A stretch of DNA of 64,000 nucleotides, from positions 1,736,001-1,800,000 of the forward strand of contig CM030335.1 of NCBI GenBank assembly GCA_017654855.1. Direction: 5' to 3'. Every line of letters begins with the position of its first letter. Positions within the stretch are counted from its first letter, which is position 1. Source of the stretch: Podospora anserina (taxonomy: Eukaryota). Made by a program: the position numbers and the translations under genes. Below, one piece after another: positions 62,980 through 64,000 of this stretch. The notes beneath the pieces are model-generated. The model did no database searches, had not been told where the DNA came from, and was given only the letters and a program-made list of their open reading frames with translations.

Positions 62980-64000
62980 ATGGCATTATGGGCCCGAGTA
63001 CCTTGTGCTGAAGAGGTGAAGCTCCTAGAAGCTAGAAGGAAATGAAAAAGAGTGGAAGCCTTGCTGGTCAGTGCCGGCCTGGATAAATATCGACTGTGGT
63101 CAGAAAGAAACGCAATGAACAGACATCAAGCCTCGTGTGGGGAGAACGAAATAGATCGACTTGATGAGATAGGGCGAAAGAGAAAATAGGAACATTCCGG
63201 GGAATGTGGCGGATATGGCGTGGAGGATAGGTGTTTCCCACGGTAGCGGAACCGTCGTGATGGTGCCTTGCACTCTGCACTCCGCATCAGGTGTCGATCT
63301 TAGAACGATAGAAAAAGATGGGAAGAGACTGCTTCCTTGATCCGAAATGACGCCAAGCTGTCGACCGAAGCTCAAGAACGACGTGCAACTGAAGCTGGGT
63401 AGCCAAGGCATGATGTGTGAGGGCGATCGCGGAGCCACAGTGATCTGGTACCACAGATTCGTGGTCGGAGCAGCCAGTGGGAGCCTTGGATGGCACTGAA
63501 CCAGCCTTCTTGTGGTCAGGTTCTGACCGGCATCCGAAGCCTCGAAAGCTTCTGGAAGCTTGATGAACGGGAAAGCCTATTAATGCTGGGGTTCGAGCCG
63601 CTGCTGTATGAATGAGATCAAGGGTGCTGGTCGATAGATGGGATGGCCAGGGGTGGTTGACCTAGACATCCGATCTATTGCTATGCACAGGTGACAGCCC
63701 AGGCCTGTCACTGGTGTCGATATCTTCGCCCTGACAGACTGAATATCGAGAAGCTGCGACTGGTGACATCGCGACGTTGATAGGAGCTGTCATGATCCCA
63801 GGCCATCTGCTGGCCGTATATGCATCTTCAATGTTTGTGCATTCTCTTGCAGGTTTGCAAGTGAACCACTTGTGTGGATGTCATCTTGGAGTGGAGCTGT
63901 CGTCTGAGCGCTCTTGACCGGCGGGTGCCGGCATATAGCGATGGTGATGAGATGACATGCGGTCAGATCTCGCAGCTGCAGGTGTTGCGGTTCATGCGGG

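Overview
Eukaryotic genomic DNA from a filamentous ascomycete: short GT..CTAAC..YAG introns, and gene and repeat content that suggests Sordariales (Podospora-like; inferred). 0.6-11.5 kb holds a tandem array of small, mostly decayed C2H2-like zinc-finger genes. 11.7-30.5 kb holds ordinary genes (GT-A-like protein, cytochrome b561-like protein, homogentisate 1,2-dioxygenase, a conserved small protein, CocE/NonD hydrolase), a nest of solo LTRs and transposon relics (15.8-18.6 kb), and three pseudogenes (metallophosphoesterase, DUF3716-like, amidase). Two regions stand out. (1) 32.6-38.8 kb has no credible ORF and is strongly pyrimidine-skewed. It carries about 4 intron-encoded box C/D snoRNA candidates, about 13 apparently non-intronic, stem-closed C/D (kink-turn) modules (several only ~40-50 nt) and a ~420-nt highly base-paired domain. 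(2) 39.1-42.0 kb is a head-to-head pair of a caspase-fold protease gene and a ~283-aa gasdermin-like gene, a candidate regulated cell death module. The rest contains a zinc-dependent deaminase, a conserved fungal protein, tRNA-Ser(AGA), a Ser/Thr-rich membrane protein and two long gene-poor stretches. All calls were made by eye; no database search was run.
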